A stretch of 64,000 nt of DNA. It comes from Armatimonadota bacterium (GTDB taxonomy: Bacteria > Armatimonadota > SYMT01). Made by a program: the position numbers and the translations under genes. Shown piece by piece: positions 8,186-18,456 of this stretch. Below the pieces are notes generated by a model. That model saw only the letters and a list, made by a program, of their open reading frames with translations. It had not been told where the DNA came from and ran no database searches. The stretch lies in contig JBKBRF010000006.1 in the NCBI GenBank assembly GCA_046292385.1, positions 11,224 through 75,223 of the forward strand. The letters run 5' to 3'. The stretch's first letter is position 1; each line of letters begins with the position of its first letter.

Positions 8186-9115
8186 TCAGGCGTTTTCCGG
8201 CCGACCCGTCGGCCAGGTCATGCCCCAGACCGGCACCAGGAGTCCGCGTACCGCCTCGATCAGCTGCCAGTCCGGCGGCGCCTCCGCCCACTCTACGTTC
8301 TTGCGCAGGTTTTCCGGGCTCGCGGTGCCGACCAGCGTGGTCGCGATCTCCGGATTCGCCAGGGAGAACTGAAGCGCGAGCTGGGAGAGATCGACTCCCT
8401 GCTCGTCACAGAACGCCGCGGCACGGCGGCACGCTTCCTTCAGCGGCTCCGGCGCCGGATGCCAGGACGGCGCGCCGCGCTGGGTGAGCAGCCCCATGGA
8501 GAGCGGCGAGGCGCTGATCACGCCGACGCCCTTTTCCTGGAGGAACGGCAGCAGCTCCGCTAGCGCCGTGTCGTTCAGCGAGTAGCGGCAGTAGGAGAGG
8601 ATCGTATCGACCTCCGTGCGGGAAAGCACCTCGCGAAAGATCTTGAGCGGGTAGCCGGTGATCCCGATGAAGCGGACCTTCCCCTGCTCCTGCACCCGAC
8701 GCAGGGCCGGCAGCGTCTCCTCCACCACCTGCTCGATCGAGCCGAACTCGATATCGTGGCACTGGATCAGGTCAATCTGCTCCACCCCCAGCCGCGCCAG
8801 GCTTTCGTCGACGCTGCGGGTCACCCGCCGCGCGGAGAAGTCGAAGCGGTCGGCCCCGTAGCGGCCGACCTTCGTCGCCAGGTAGTAGCTCTCCCGCGGC
8901 ACGGTGGCAAGCGCCTTCCCCAGCACCGTTTCCGCGCGGGTGAGGCCGTAGTACGGCGAGCAGTCGATGAAGTTGATCCCCAGGTCGAGCGCCGTGTGGA
9001 CGGTGCGGATCCCCTCCGCCTCGTCGATGTCGCGGAAGACGCTGCCGAGCGGCGAGGCGCCGTAGCTAAGCGCGGAGACCTGAAGACCGGTATTTCCCAG
9101 CGTGCGGTATTCCAT
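8186..9115 (-). CDS. Aldo/keto reductase (L-galactose/L-fucose dehydrogenase-like)
   Basis: MEYRTLGNTGLQVSALSYG, DCSPYYG, LATKVGRY, IQCHD motifs. Confidence 0.9.
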   Translation of the reverse strand: MEYRTLGNTGLQVSALSYGASPLGSVFRDIDEAEGIRTVHTALDLGINFIDCSPYYGLTRAETVLGKALATVPRESYYLATKVGRYGADRFDFSARRVTRSVDESLARLGVEQIDLIQCHDIEFGSIEQVVEETLPALRRVQEQGKVRFIGITGYPLKIFREVLSRTEVDTILSYCRYSLNDTALAELLPFLQEKGVGVISASPLSMGLLTQRGAPSWHPAPEPLKEACRRAAAFCDEQGVDLSQLALQFSLANPEIATTLVGTASPENLRKNVEWAEAPPDWQLIEAVRGLLVPVWGMTWPTGRPENA

Positions 9116-10075
9116 CTACAGTCCCGCCATGAAGTCGTAGATCGCGTCGGGCACTCCGGGGAGCGCTTCGTGGCCGAAGTCGGGGTAGATCAGCAGCTCC
9201 TTCTCGGAGCGGATCTTGTTGTACGCGGCGAACTGGCTGGAAGGCGGGCAGATGGCGTCCATCAGGCCTACTGCCATCAGCACCCGCGCCCGGATGCGCG
9301 GCGCCAGGTGCTGGTTGTCGATATAGCCGAGCCGCGTGAAGATCTCGGCCTCCCGCTCGTGCCGCGGGTCGAAGTGCCGGAAGAAGAGGCGGAGCTCCTC
9401 GTAGGCGTTGACCGCCAGGTCCATCTCCCAGACGCGCTGGTAATCGCAGAGAAACGGGTAGACCGGCGCCGCGCGGCGGATGCGCGGCTCCAGGGCGGCA
9501 CACGCCAGCGTGAGCGCACCGCCCTGCGAGGCGCCGGTGGCGCCCACGCGGTCCGGATCGACCTCCGGCAGCGACATCACCACGCGGGCGAGCTGGACCG
9601 TATCGAGGTAGATCTGCCGGAAGAGCAGCTTCTCCGGGTCCTCGTCCAGCCCGCGGATGATGTGCCCCCGCAGCGTGTTGCCGCGCACCCCGCCCACGTC
9701 TTCGGAAAGGCCGCCCTGCCCACGGCAGTCGAGCGCCGCCACCGACGTCCCCCGCGCCACGTATCCGAGCTTATCCATCCAGTCGCCGCTGCTGCCGGAG
9801 TAGCCGTGGAACATCAGCACCGCCGGATGGGGCTCCGCGGCGCCCTTCGGCCGGAGGTACTTGGCGTGCACCCGCGCACCGCCCACGCCGGTGAAGTAGA
9901 GGTGGAAGCACTCCGCGAACGGAGCTTCAAGCGAATGCGGAACCAGCTCCGGCTCCGGATCGACCCGATCCAGCTCCGCGAGCGCGCGCTCCCAGTAGCG
10001 GTCAAAATCGGCCGGCCGGGGGTTGCGGCCCTGGTAGGTGTAGAGCTGATCGAGCGGAAGATCGATGAGAGGCAT
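9116..10075 (-). CDS. Acetylxylan esterase / cephalosporin-C deacetylase (CE7, AXE1)
   Basis: MPLIDLPL N-terminus, FHGY, GASQGG nucleophile, DAICPPS, GHE. Start at ATG 10075; the ORF-track extension runs through a repeat. Confidence 0.92.
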   Translation of the reverse strand: MPLIDLPLDQLYTYQGRNPRPADFDRYWERALAELDRVDPEPELVPHSLEAPFAECFHLYFTGVGGARVHAKYLRPKGAAEPHPAVLMFHGYSGSSGDWMDKLGYVARGTSVAALDCRGQGGLSEDVGGVRGNTLRGHIIRGLDEDPEKLLFRQIYLDTVQLARVVMSLPEVDPDRVGATGASQGGALTLACAALEPRIRRAAPVYPFLCDYQRVWEMDLAVNAYEELRLFFRHFDPRHEREAEIFTRLGYIDNQHLAPRIRARVLMAVGLMDAICPPSSQFAAYNKIRSEKELLIYPDFGHEALPGVPDAIYDFMAGL

Positions 10076-10163
10076 GGCTGTCCTGTGGGCGGAGTGGGTT
10101 CCGCTGGGTTGTTGGCGGTGCGAGGGGCGCATTCCTTGCGTGAGAGCAGGATCGGGCCGCCGG

Positions 10164-10283
10164 GCGGTTGAAACCGCGGCAACAACAGCACGAAGTCCGC
10201 CTCCGCGGACTGAGAGGGCCCGGTTTGGGCGTCCGGAGGACGCGTGGCCGCAGGCCGACGGGCGAGGTAATTCAATGCCTTGC
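10164..10283 (+). repeat. Composite REP-like palindromic element, copy B
   Basis: Same four modules as copies A and C. Confidence 0.9.
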
Positions 10284-10500
10284 GGCGCCGCAGGCACCTC
10301 GCTCCACTACGTGGCTAATCCGTAAACCTTCATTAGCTCCCGAAGATCCCCGGCGCGGAACGGGAACGGCTGACGCCTCCCGACACCCGCCATGAGAAGG
10401 GCGTACCGCCTGCCGCAGCCAACTGTCAGGAACTAGAATCGCGGCGCACGGCGAGGTCCGGGCGGCCGGTAGACGGGACGCCGCAGGAGGCGGAGAGACG

Positions 10501-11859
10501 ATGCAGTCGAAGAAGAAAGGCGCGGAGCCGGTCTCCCGGCGCGGGTTCCTCAAGGGCGCCGCGGCGCTGGGCGCGGGAATCGGCTTCCCGATGGTAATTC
10601 CGGCGGCGGCGCTGGGCCGCGACGGCAACGTGGCGCCGAGCAACCGCATCACCCTGGGGGTGATCGGCACGGGGAACCAGGGGCTGAACGACATCCGCTC
10701 CTTCCTCCGGGACGAGCGCGTGCAGATCGTGGCGCTCTGCGACGTCAACCGGGAGAGCGCCGGCTACTGGAACGGCGGGGTGGCCGGGCTGGAGCCGGCG
10801 CGGCGGGTGGTGGATGAGCATTACAAGTCGAAGAGCTGCCGGACCTTCACCGACTTCCGCGAGTTGATCGCCCGGAAAGACATCGACGCGGTGGAGGTCT
10901 GCACGCCCGACCACTGGCACGCGATCCCGGTGGTGATGGCCGCCGCGGCGAAGAAAGACATCTACTGCCAGAAGCCGCTCTCGCTCACGGTCGCCGAGGG
11001 GCGGGCGATGAGCAACGCGGTACGCAAGCACCAGGTGATCTTCCAGACCGGCAGCCAGCAGCGCTCCGACTCGAACTTCCGCCGCGCGTGCGAGCTGGTC
11101 CGCAACGGCCGCATCGGCGAGGTGCGGACCGTCCGGTGCGGGCTCCCCGGCGGGCGCCCCGACTTCGGCAAGACGGGCGACCGCAAGAAGCCGGAGCCGG
11201 TGCCGGAAGGCTTCGACTACCAGATGTGGCTCGGCCCCGCGCCGGACGCGCCGTACGCTCCCGCGCGCTGCCACGTGAACTTCCGCTGGATCTACGACTA
11301 CTCCGGCGGCCAGGTGACCGACTGGGGCGGTCACCATCCGGACTGCGCCCAGTGGGGCCTGGGGACCGACCACACCGGTCCGCTCCTGATCCGCCGCGCC
11401 TCTGCGAAGTTCCCGGAAGACCCGCTCTGGAACACCGCCACCGAGTACTCCTTCGAGGCGCTCTACCCGGGCGGCATCCGGCTGATCGTCTCCAGCAAAG
11501 AGAAGGGCGGCGTCACCTGGGAAGGCACCGAGGGGTGGGTCTGGGCCGACCGCGGCCGCCACGACGCCTCGTCGAAGTCGATCCTCGACTCGAAGATCGG
11601 CCCGGACGAGGTGCACCTCTACAAGAGCGACGACCACTTCCGGAACTTCATCGACTGCGTGATCAGCCGCAAGGAGCCGGTCGCGCCGGTCGAGGCGGCC
11701 CACCGCTCGATCACGGTCTGCCACCTCGGCAACATCGCCATGCGCCTCGGACGCGAGACGCTGCGCTGGGACGCCGAGAAGGAAGAGATCATCGACGACG
11801 CGGAGGCGTCGAAGATGCTCAGCCGGCCCTACCGCTCCCCCTGGAAGCTGGAGGCCTGA
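10501..11859 (+). CDS. Gfo/Idh/MocA family oxidoreductase with Tat signal
   Basis: VSRRGFLK, TLGVIGTG, CTPDHWH, QKPL, DWGGHH. Confidence 0.92.
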   Translation: MQSKKKGAEPVSRRGFLKGAAALGAGIGFPMVIPAAALGRDGNVAPSNRITLGVIGTGNQGLNDIRSFLRDERVQIVALCDVNRESAGYWNGGVAGLEPARRVVDEHYKSKSCRTFTDFRELIARKDIDAVEVCTPDHWHAIPVVMAAAAKKDIYCQKPLSLTVAEGRAMSNAVRKHQVIFQTGSQQRSDSNFRRACELVRNGRIGEVRTVRCGLPGGRPDFGKTGDRKKPEPVPEGFDYQMWLGPAPDAPYAPARCHVNFRWIYDYSGGQVTDWGGHHPDCAQWGLGTDHTGPLLIRRASAKFPEDPLWNTATEYSFEALYPGGIRLIVSSKEKGGVTWEGTEGWVWADRGRHDASSKSILDSKIGPDEVHLYKSDDHFRNFIDCVISRKEPVAPVEAAHRSITVCHLGNIAMRLGRETLRWDAEKEEIIDDAEASKMLSRPYRSPWKLEA

Positions 11860-11925
11860 TGGCGCGGCGCGGGGGAGAGCGGTGCCTCTCCCTCGCGCTC
11901 TCGCTAAACCGGAGAACCGACCGGG

Positions 11926-12711
11926 ATGAAAGCCGTCCGCAAGCGATCGAACCCGCCGGCGGGCGGCTACATCCGCGAGGTCCAGTTCGATTGGGACCGC
12001 GCGCCGAGAGCGGCCTATCCGTTCGACCTGCCCGCACTCCGGGAGCTCGAGAGCCTGGAGCTTCATCCGGGAGTGACCTTCCTGGTCGGGGAGAACGGCT
12101 CCGGGAAATCGACGCTCATCGAGGCGATCGCCGTCGCCTGGGGCTTCAATCCGGAAGGCGGGTCCCAGAACTTCCGCTTTGGCACCCGCGACTCGCATTC
12201 TCGCCTGGCGGACTGCCTCACTCTGGTCAAGAGCACCGACCGACCCGGTGACGGCTTCTTTCTCCGGGCGGAGAGCTTCTTCAACGTCGCCACCGAGATC
12301 GAGAACCTCGACCGCGACGGCGTGGGCCCTCGCATCATTGATTCGTACGGCGGCCGGTCGCTGCACGAGCAGTCGCACGGGGAATCGTTCCTGGCCCTGC
12401 TGGCGAACCGCTTCCGCGGCGGCGCCCTCTATGTACTGGACGAGCCGGAAGCCGCCCTCTCTCCCACGCGTCAGATGGCTGCCCTCGCCCGCATCCACCA
12501 ACTGGTGTCACTCGGCTCGCAGTTCATCATCGCGACTCACTCGCCGATCCTGATGGCCTATCCGGGGGCTCTCATCTACGAGCTGTCCACCCACGGCACG
12601 AGACCGGTGGAGTACACCGAGACGGAGCATTACCTGATCACGCGCCAGTTCCTGGGGAACCCGGAGCGGATGCTCTCCATCCTGCTCGCTGGGTCCACCC
12701 CGGCGGAGTAG
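11926..12711 (+). CDS. AAA/ABC-type ATPase (COG3910-like, AAA_21)
   Basis: Walker A GENGSGKST, signature QSHGES, Walker B LDEPE, ATHSP H-loop. Confidence 0.88.
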   Translation: MKAVRKRSNPPAGGYIREVQFDWDRAPRAAYPFDLPALRELESLELHPGVTFLVGENGSGKSTLIEAIAVAWGFNPEGGSQNFRFGTRDSHSRLADCLTLVKSTDRPGDGFFLRAESFFNVATEIENLDRDGVGPRIIDSYGGRSLHEQSHGESFLALLANRFRGGALYVLDEPEAALSPTRQMAALARIHQLVSLGSQFIIATHSPILMAYPGALIYELSTHGTRPVEYTETEHYLITRQFLGNPERMLSILLAGSTPAE

Positions 12712-12765
12712 GACGCCTACTCCTGATCGGTCGGCCTGCGAGGTAGACGTCGCGAGGAGTCGAGG

Positions 12766-13731
12766 ATGAAGCGGTTCCGAATTCGCAGGTGTTACCGTCT
12801 CATCCTGGCCCTGGCCCTCGTCCTGCTCGTCGCGCTGAGTGGGTCCTGGCTGCTGGGCTCCCAGTTGACCCGGCCGGTAAACCAGGCGGTCCGCCTGCCG
12901 TCCGATTTCCCCGTGAAGTCGGTCTCCATCCCGGGTTCCGGCCATTCGATCGCCGGCTGGTGGCTCGACCAGGGCGACCATTCCCCCGTAGTGCTGCTCC
13001 TGCACCCGATCCGCTCCAACCGGAGCACGATGCTCTCTCGCGCGAGGCTGCTGGTGCGGCACGGCTTCTCGGTACTCCTGATCGACCTGCAGGCGCACGG
13101 CGAGACGCCGGGCGAGGCAATCACGCTGGGCTGGCGGGAGTCGGCCGACGTGACGGCAGCCGTAGAGTGGCTCCGGCAGAGGGCGCCGGCCCGGCCGCTC
13201 GGGGTGATCGGATGGTCGCTCGGCGGTGCATCGGTGCTCCTGGCACCGCAGCCGGCGCCGTTCGACGCCGTCGTGCTGGAGGCGGTCTACCCGCGCGTGG
13301 ACGGGGCCGTCGAGAACCGCCTGCGGATCCGCGTGGGACCGCTGGCGCCTCTCTTCAGCCCGCTCCTGGTGAACCAGCTGCCGCTTCGGCTCGGGGTTTC
13401 GCCAGGCGAGCTGGAACCGATCCGGGCGCTGCCGAAGCTCGGCGCACCAGTGCTGATCGTCGCCGGGTCGCGCGATCAGCACACCACCCCCGCGGAGTCC
13501 GAGGAGCTTTACCGCGCCGCCGCCCCGCCCAAGCGGCTCTGGATGCTGGAAGGCGCTCGCCACGAGGACTTCCTGGGCTACGACCCTGCAGGCTACGAGC
13601 GGAACGTGGTCGGCTTCCTCTCCGAGCACCTGCGCCCGGCCACTCCGAGTAAACCGGCCGTCACCAGATCCGGAGATCGCAGCGGACGAGGCGGGGGTCG
13701 GATTGGCGGGTCGGGCGGGCGACGGCGCTAA
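12766..13731 (+). CDS. Alpha/beta hydrolase with N-terminal membrane anchor
   Basis: GWSLGG nucleophile elbow, GSRDQHT, GARHED. Confidence 0.88.
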   Translation: MKRFRIRRCYRLILALALVLLVALSGSWLLGSQLTRPVNQAVRLPSDFPVKSVSIPGSGHSIAGWWLDQGDHSPVVLLLHPIRSNRSTMLSRARLLVRHGFSVLLIDLQAHGETPGEAITLGWRESADVTAAVEWLRQRAPARPLGVIGWSLGGASVLLAPQPAPFDAVVLEAVYPRVDGAVENRLRIRVGPLAPLFSPLLVNQLPLRLGVSPGELEPIRALPKLGAPVLIVAGSRDQHTTPAESEELYRAAAPPKRLWMLEGARHEDFLGYDPAGYERNVVGFLSEHLRPATPSKPAVTRSGDRSGRGGGRIGGSGGRRR

Positions 13732-13812
13732 CGTCGCCACTGGTCAGGACGAGCGGGCGGCACTTCGGCGCGGCCGTTCCCGCCAGCGCAGAAGCGACGC
13801 TCGGGCAGACGC

Positions 13813-14718
13813 TTACGCCTCGACCTGACCCAGCCCGGCGGGGGGCCGGGAGCGGCCGAGGAAGCCGGCGAGGGCGAGGAGCCCCAGGAGGTAGGGGAGG
13901 GCGCTCCAGAGCTCGCTGGGGAGCGTGACGCCCAAGACCGGCTGACCCTGGAGCCGGAACTGCAGCGCCTCCGAGAGGCCGAAGAGGAGCACCGCCGTCA
14001 CCGCGCCCAGCGGGTGCCAGCGGCCCAGGATCACCGCCGCCAGCGCCAGGAAGCCGCGCCCGGCGGAGAGGTTCTCCGTGAAGCGGCCGCTGCTGACGAG
14101 GCTCAGGTAGGCGCCGCCGACTCCGGCCAGCGCGCCGCCCGCGGCCAGCCAGAGCGCGCGGTAGGCGTTCACCGGAATCCCGGCGGCCCGCGCCGCGGCC
14201 GGCGCTTCGCCCACGGCGCGGAGCTGGAGGCCGGGTCGAGTGCGGTAGAGGACGAACCAGGCGGCGGCGCAGCAGAGGACCGCCAGCGGGACGAGAGGGG
14301 TCACCCCGCCGAGCAGCAGCCCCAGCACCGGCACGTTCCGCAGCGACGGAAGCCAGGGCGCGGGCCCGCTCACCTGGACCCCCACGCCGCCGGAGCTAAA
14401 GGCGGAGCGGAGGAGGAAGGTGGTCGCTCCCGCCGCCAGGAGGTTGATCCCGACCCCGGAGATGATGGCGTCGACCCGCAGCCGGAGCACCAGCAGCGCG
14501 TGGAGCAGCCCGAGCAGGGCGCCGCAGAGCGCCGCGGCGGCGACTCCCAGCCAGCCGCACTGGAAGCCGTGGGCCGCCGCCATCGCGGCGAAAGCCCCGC
14601 TAAGGAGCATCCCCTCCAGCGCGATATTGACCACGCCGACCCGCTCCGAAAGCACCCCGCCCAGGGCGGCGAAGGCGAGCGGAACGGAGAGGCGCAGGGC
14701 CGATTCGAGGATCTCCAT
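13813..14718 (-). CDS. ABC transporter permease (BPD_transp_2, nucleoside YufQ/NupQ-like)
   Basis: ALGGVLSERVGVVNIALEG, GLQLRAVGE, GRGFLALAA motifs. Start at ATG 14718. Confidence 0.9.
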   Translation of the reverse strand: MEILESALRLSVPLAFAALGGVLSERVGVVNIALEGMLLSGAFAAMAAAHGFQCGWLGVAAAALCGALLGLLHALLVLRLRVDAIISGVGINLLAAGATTFLLRSAFSSGGVGVQVSGPAPWLPSLRNVPVLGLLLGGVTPLVPLAVLCCAAAWFVLYRTRPGLQLRAVGEAPAAARAAGIPVNAYRALWLAAGGALAGVGGAYLSLVSSGRFTENLSAGRGFLALAAVILGRWHPLGAVTAVLLFGLSEALQFRLQGQPVLGVTLPSELWSALPYLLGLLALAGFLGRSRPPAGLGQVEA

Positions 14719-15072
14719 GGCGGGGGTGGCGTGAGGCGGGGGAGGAGAGGTGCACCCTGAGGATAGCGCAGGCGCCGCCGCAACGCACATTCAAGGACGG
14801 GGGTAGGACTGCCACGCGTAAGCTGGGTTGGGGGTGCCGTGGCTCGTCCAGCGGAGCAGGGCGGCCCGAAAGGGTCTGCCCGGGGAGAATTCGCGCCCCG
14901 GATCCAAGCTTGAGCTCTTCACCTCACGCGGATGCGAGAATGGCCGTTGGCGGCATCCAACTCGCGGATCCAGGGGTTCGGCTCCCGTCGACCGGGAGGG
15001 TCCCTGGTGGTCCGCACGAAACTGTTAGCTGTTCTTGTCCGAATCATTGAACCGGCTGGTCGGGGGTAACGA

Positions 15073-18000
15073 ATGAAACGAGTGCTAGGTGTCGCCAGCG
15101 TGCTGCTGGCGGCGGCGGGCGTGGTCTCCGCGCAGGACCGGAGCGCCCCGCTGCTGCTGCAGGAGCCGGCAGTCAGCAAGGACCTGATCTGTTTCGTCTT
15201 CGCGGGCGATCTCTGGACCGTTCCCCGCGGCGGCGGCGACGCGCGCCGGCTGACGGTCGGTCCCGGCAGCGAGCGGACGCCGCACTTCTCGCCGGACGGC
15301 AAGCAGATCGCGTTTACGGGAGAGTACGACGGGAACGTCGACGTCTACGTCGTCCCCGCGGAGGGCGGCGTGCCGCAGCGCGTGACCTACCATCCGCTGG
15401 CGGACCGCCTCGCGGGCTGGCACCCGGACGGCAAGCGCGTGCTCTTCGCCTCCTACCGGCACAGCTACTCCGGCTTCACCCGGCTCTTCACCGCACCGGT
15501 AGACGGGACTCACGCGGAGGAAGTGCCGCTGCCGATGGCGGAGGAGGGGTCCTACTCCGCGGACGGCAAACACCTGGCCTACGTGCCGCTCCGCCGCTCG
15601 TTCAGCTCCTGGAAGCGGTACCGCGGCGGCACCGCCACCCCGGTCTGGCTGGCGGATCTCTCCGACTCGTCGATCCAGAAGCTGCCCCGAACCGATTCGA
15701 ACGACTTCGAGCCGATGTGGGTGGGAGAGAAGGTCTACTTCCTCTCCGACCGCGACGGTCCGGTGACCCTCTACTCGTACGACACGAAGAGCAAGAAGGT
15801 CGCGAAGGCGATCAAGAACGACGGGCTCGACATCAAGTCCGCCTCGGCCGGTCCGGGCGCCATCGCGTACGAGCAGTTCGGCCGGCTTCACCTCTACGAC
15901 CTCAAGTCCGGCGACACGAAGCCGGTGGAGGTGCGCCTCACCGGGGACCTGCCGGAGGTGCGGCCGCGCTTCGAAAAGGTGCGGGACGAGATCCGCGGCT
16001 TTAGCATCTCGCCCACCGGCGTCCGCGTGGTGGTGGAAGCCCACGGCGAGATCCTGACGGTCCCGACCGACAAGGGCGATCCCCGCAACCTGACGGAGAC
16101 TCCCGGCGCGGCGGAGCGGGATCCAACGTGGTCGCCGGACGGTAAGTGGATCGCCTACTTCTCGGATGAGGGCGGAGAGTACCAGCTCCACCTGAAGGAC
16201 CAGACCGGCCGCCGCGAGCTGCGCAAGCTGGCGCTGGATGACGCGCCGAGCTACTTCTATGGGCCTACCTGGTCGCCGGACAGCAAGAAGCTCGCCTATA
16301 CCGACCGGCGGCTCAATCTTTGCTACCTCGACATCGAGACCGGAAAGCGCACCAAGGTCGACACGAACACCTACGACGACTGGGGGATGATGCAGACCTG
16401 GTCGCCGGACAGCAAATGGCTCGCCTACGTGAAGCTGCTGAAGAGCGGAATGGGCGCGGTGTTCGTCCACTCCCTGGCGGACGGCACCTCCCGGCAGATT
16501 ACGGACGGCATGAGCGACGCCGCGTTCCCCACGTGGGACCGCGGCGGCAAGTACCTCTACTTCGCCGGCAGCACCGACATCGGGCCGACCCTCGGCTTCA
16601 TCGACATGTCGTCTCGCTTCAACCGGCCGTATACCCGCAGCATCTACGTCGCCGTGCTCCGCAACGACGAGCCGTCGCCGCTGGCGCCGGAGAGCGACGA
16701 GGAGAAGGTGACCGAGACGCCCGCGGAGCCGAAGCCGGGCGCGGAGACCGAGATCGCCGTGCGCAAGGCCGCCGACGGGGGCGACGGCGCGGTGCGGATC
16801 GACTTCGAGAACCTGGACCAGCGTATCCTGGCGCTGCCGATCGTGCCGCGAGCCTACTCCGCCATGCAGGCCGGCAAGCCGGGCGTGCTCTTCATCGCGG
16901 AGAGCGCTCCGGTCGGCGCGGTCGGCGTGAATGGCCGGACCCTGCACCGCTTCGATCTCAAGACGCGCAAGACCGACCGCTTCCTGGACGGGATCGTCGG
17001 CTTCGAGATCTCCCACAACCGCGAGAAGCTGCTCTACCTCACGCCGGGGGGCGGCCGCGCCGCGGTGGTGAGCACCGCGCAGCCGCCCTCGCCCGGCGCC
17101 GGCACGGTGAACCTGGAGAGCCTGGAGGTGCGGGTCGATCCCCGCGCCGAGTGGCGCCAGATGTACCGCGAAGTGTGGCGGATCCAGCGGGACTTCTTCT
17201 ACGATCCGAACCATCACGGGCTCGACCTGAAGGCGACCTCCGCCCGCTACGAGCCGTACCTGGAGAACCTGGCGACCCGCGCGGACCTGAACTACCTGTT
17301 CCGCGAGATGCTGGGTGAGCTGACCGTGGGGCACCTCTACGTCTCCGGCGGCGCCACCCCGGAGGTGCAGCGGGTCCCCGGCGGGCTGCTGGGGGCGGAC
17401 TACACGGTCGAGAACGGCCGCTACCGCTTCTCCCGCATCTACGAGGGCGAGAACTGGGACCCGCAGCTCCGCGCGCCGCTCACCCAGCCGGGCGTGAACG
17501 TGAAGGTCGGGGAGTACCTCCTCGCCGTGAACGGACGGGATCTGAGCGGATCGGACAACCTCTACCGTCACTTCGAGGGCTCCGCCAACAAGCAGGTCTC
17601 GCTCCGCGTGGGCCCGAACGCCGACGGCACCGGCTCCCGCGAGGTGACGGTGGTCCCGATCGCGAGCGAGGTGGCGCTGCGCAACCGGAGCTGGATCGAG
17701 TCGAACCGCCGGAAGGTGAACGAGCTGAGCGGCGGCAAGCTCGCCTACATCTACCTGCCGGATACCGGCCTGGGCGGCTACACCGCCTTCAACAAGTACT
17801 TCTTCCCGCAGGCCGATAAGGACGGCGCCGTGGTCGACGAGCGCTTCAACGGCGGCGGCGCCGCGGCGGACTACATCATCGACTACCTCCGCCGCCCGCT
17901 GCTGAGCGTCTGGTCGTCTCGCTACGGGGAAGACGTCACCACGCCGGGATCCCTGATCCGCGGGCCGAAGGCGATGCTGATCAACGAGTACGCCGGCTCC

Positions 18001-18345
18001 GGCGGCGACGCGATGCCTTGGTACTTCCGCAAGCTCAAGGTGGGGCCGCTCATCGGAAAGCGCACCTGGGGCGGGCTGGTCGGCATCGGCGGCTACCCCA
18101 CGCTGATCGACGGCGGCTCCGTCACGGCGCCGCACTTCGCCTTCTGGAATCCCGAGGGATCGTGGGAGGTGGAGAACGTCGGCGTGGCGCCGGACATCGA
18201 GGTGGAATTCGACCCGCAGGCGTGGCGCCAGGGCCGCGATCCGCAGCTCGAGAAGGCGATTCAGGTGGTGATGGAGGATCTCCGCAAGAACCCGGTCACC
18301 CAACCGAAGCGGCCCGCCTACCCGAACTACCACCAGCGGCGGTAA
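15073..18345 (+). CDS. Tricorn-like S41 protease (PD40 propellers, PDZ domain), secreted
   Basis: Signal peptide, repeated WSPD(G/S)K motifs, DERFNGGG, AGSGGD catalytic Ser, GKRTWGG. Confidence 0.95.
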   Translation: MKRVLGVASVLLAAAGVVSAQDRSAPLLLQEPAVSKDLICFVFAGDLWTVPRGGGDARRLTVGPGSERTPHFSPDGKQIAFTGEYDGNVDVYVVPAEGGVPQRVTYHPLADRLAGWHPDGKRVLFASYRHSYSGFTRLFTAPVDGTHAEEVPLPMAEEGSYSADGKHLAYVPLRRSFSSWKRYRGGTATPVWLADLSDSSIQKLPRTDSNDFEPMWVGEKVYFLSDRDGPVTLYSYDTKSKKVAKAIKNDGLDIKSASAGPGAIAYEQFGRLHLYDLKSGDTKPVEVRLTGDLPEVRPRFEKVRDEIRGFSISPTGVRVVVEAHGEILTVPTDKGDPRNLTETPGAAERDPTWSPDGKWIAYFSDEGGEYQLHLKDQTGRRELRKLALDDAPSYFYGPTWSPDSKKLAYTDRRLNLCYLDIETGKRTKVDTNTYDDWGMMQTWSPDSKWLAYVKLLKSGMGAVFVHSLADGTSRQITDGMSDAAFPTWDRGGKYLYFAGSTDIGPTLGFIDMSSRFNRPYTRSIYVAVLRNDEPSPLAPESDEEKVTETPAEPKPGAETEIAVRKAADGGDGAVRIDFENLDQRILALPIVPRAYSAMQAGKPGVLFIAESAPVGAVGVNGRTLHRFDLKTRKTDRFLDGIVGFEISHNREKLLYLTPGGGRAAVVSTAQPPSPGAGTVNLESLEVRVDPRAEWRQMYREVWRIQRDFFYDPNHHGLDLKATSARYEPYLENLATRADLNYLFREMLGELTVGHLYVSGGATPEVQRVPGGLLGADYTVENGRYRFSRIYEGENWDPQLRAPLTQPGVNVKVGEYLLAVNGRDLSGSDNLYRHFEGSANKQVSLRVGPNADGTGSREVTVVPIASEVALRNRSWIESNRRKVNELSGGKLAYIYLPDTGLGGYTAFNKYFFPQADKDGAVVDERFNGGGAAADYIIDYLRRPLLSVWSSRYGEDVTTPGSLIRGPKAMLINEYAGSGGDAMPWYFRKLKVGPLIGKRTWGGLVGIGGYPTLIDGGSVTAPHFAFWNPEGSWEVENVGVAPDIEVEFDPQAWRQGRDPQLEKAIQVVMEDLRKNPVTQPKRPAYPNYHQRR

Positions 18346-18365
18346 AAGAGGGCGAAAGGGAAGGT

Positions 18366-18398
18366 GGGGGAGTGGGAGCGAATTGGCCTCACTCCCCC
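18366..18398 (+). terminator. Hairpin after tricorn gene (possible terminator)
   Basis: GGGGGAGTG...CACTCCCCC stem; no strong U-tract. Confidence 0.45.
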
Positions 18399-18456
18399 GC
18401 GTTACTTGTTCGCTTCTGCCAGCGTGGTCGCGGGTGATGAGATCAGGAGAGCCCAG

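Noticed and set aside
11926-13731. ATPase plus hydrolase as an anti-phage system
   Set aside because: No nuclease, TOPRIM or other effector domain and no defence-island context. The hydrolase looks like an ordinary exported esterase.
15085-18333. 1082-aa antisense ORF opposite the tricorn gene; likewise 38394-41354, 43862-47605, 53692-56406, 3412-4776, 10426-12501 and others
   Set aside because: Shadow ORFs expected from strong GC3 bias. They have no motifs and mirror well-supported genes on the other strand.
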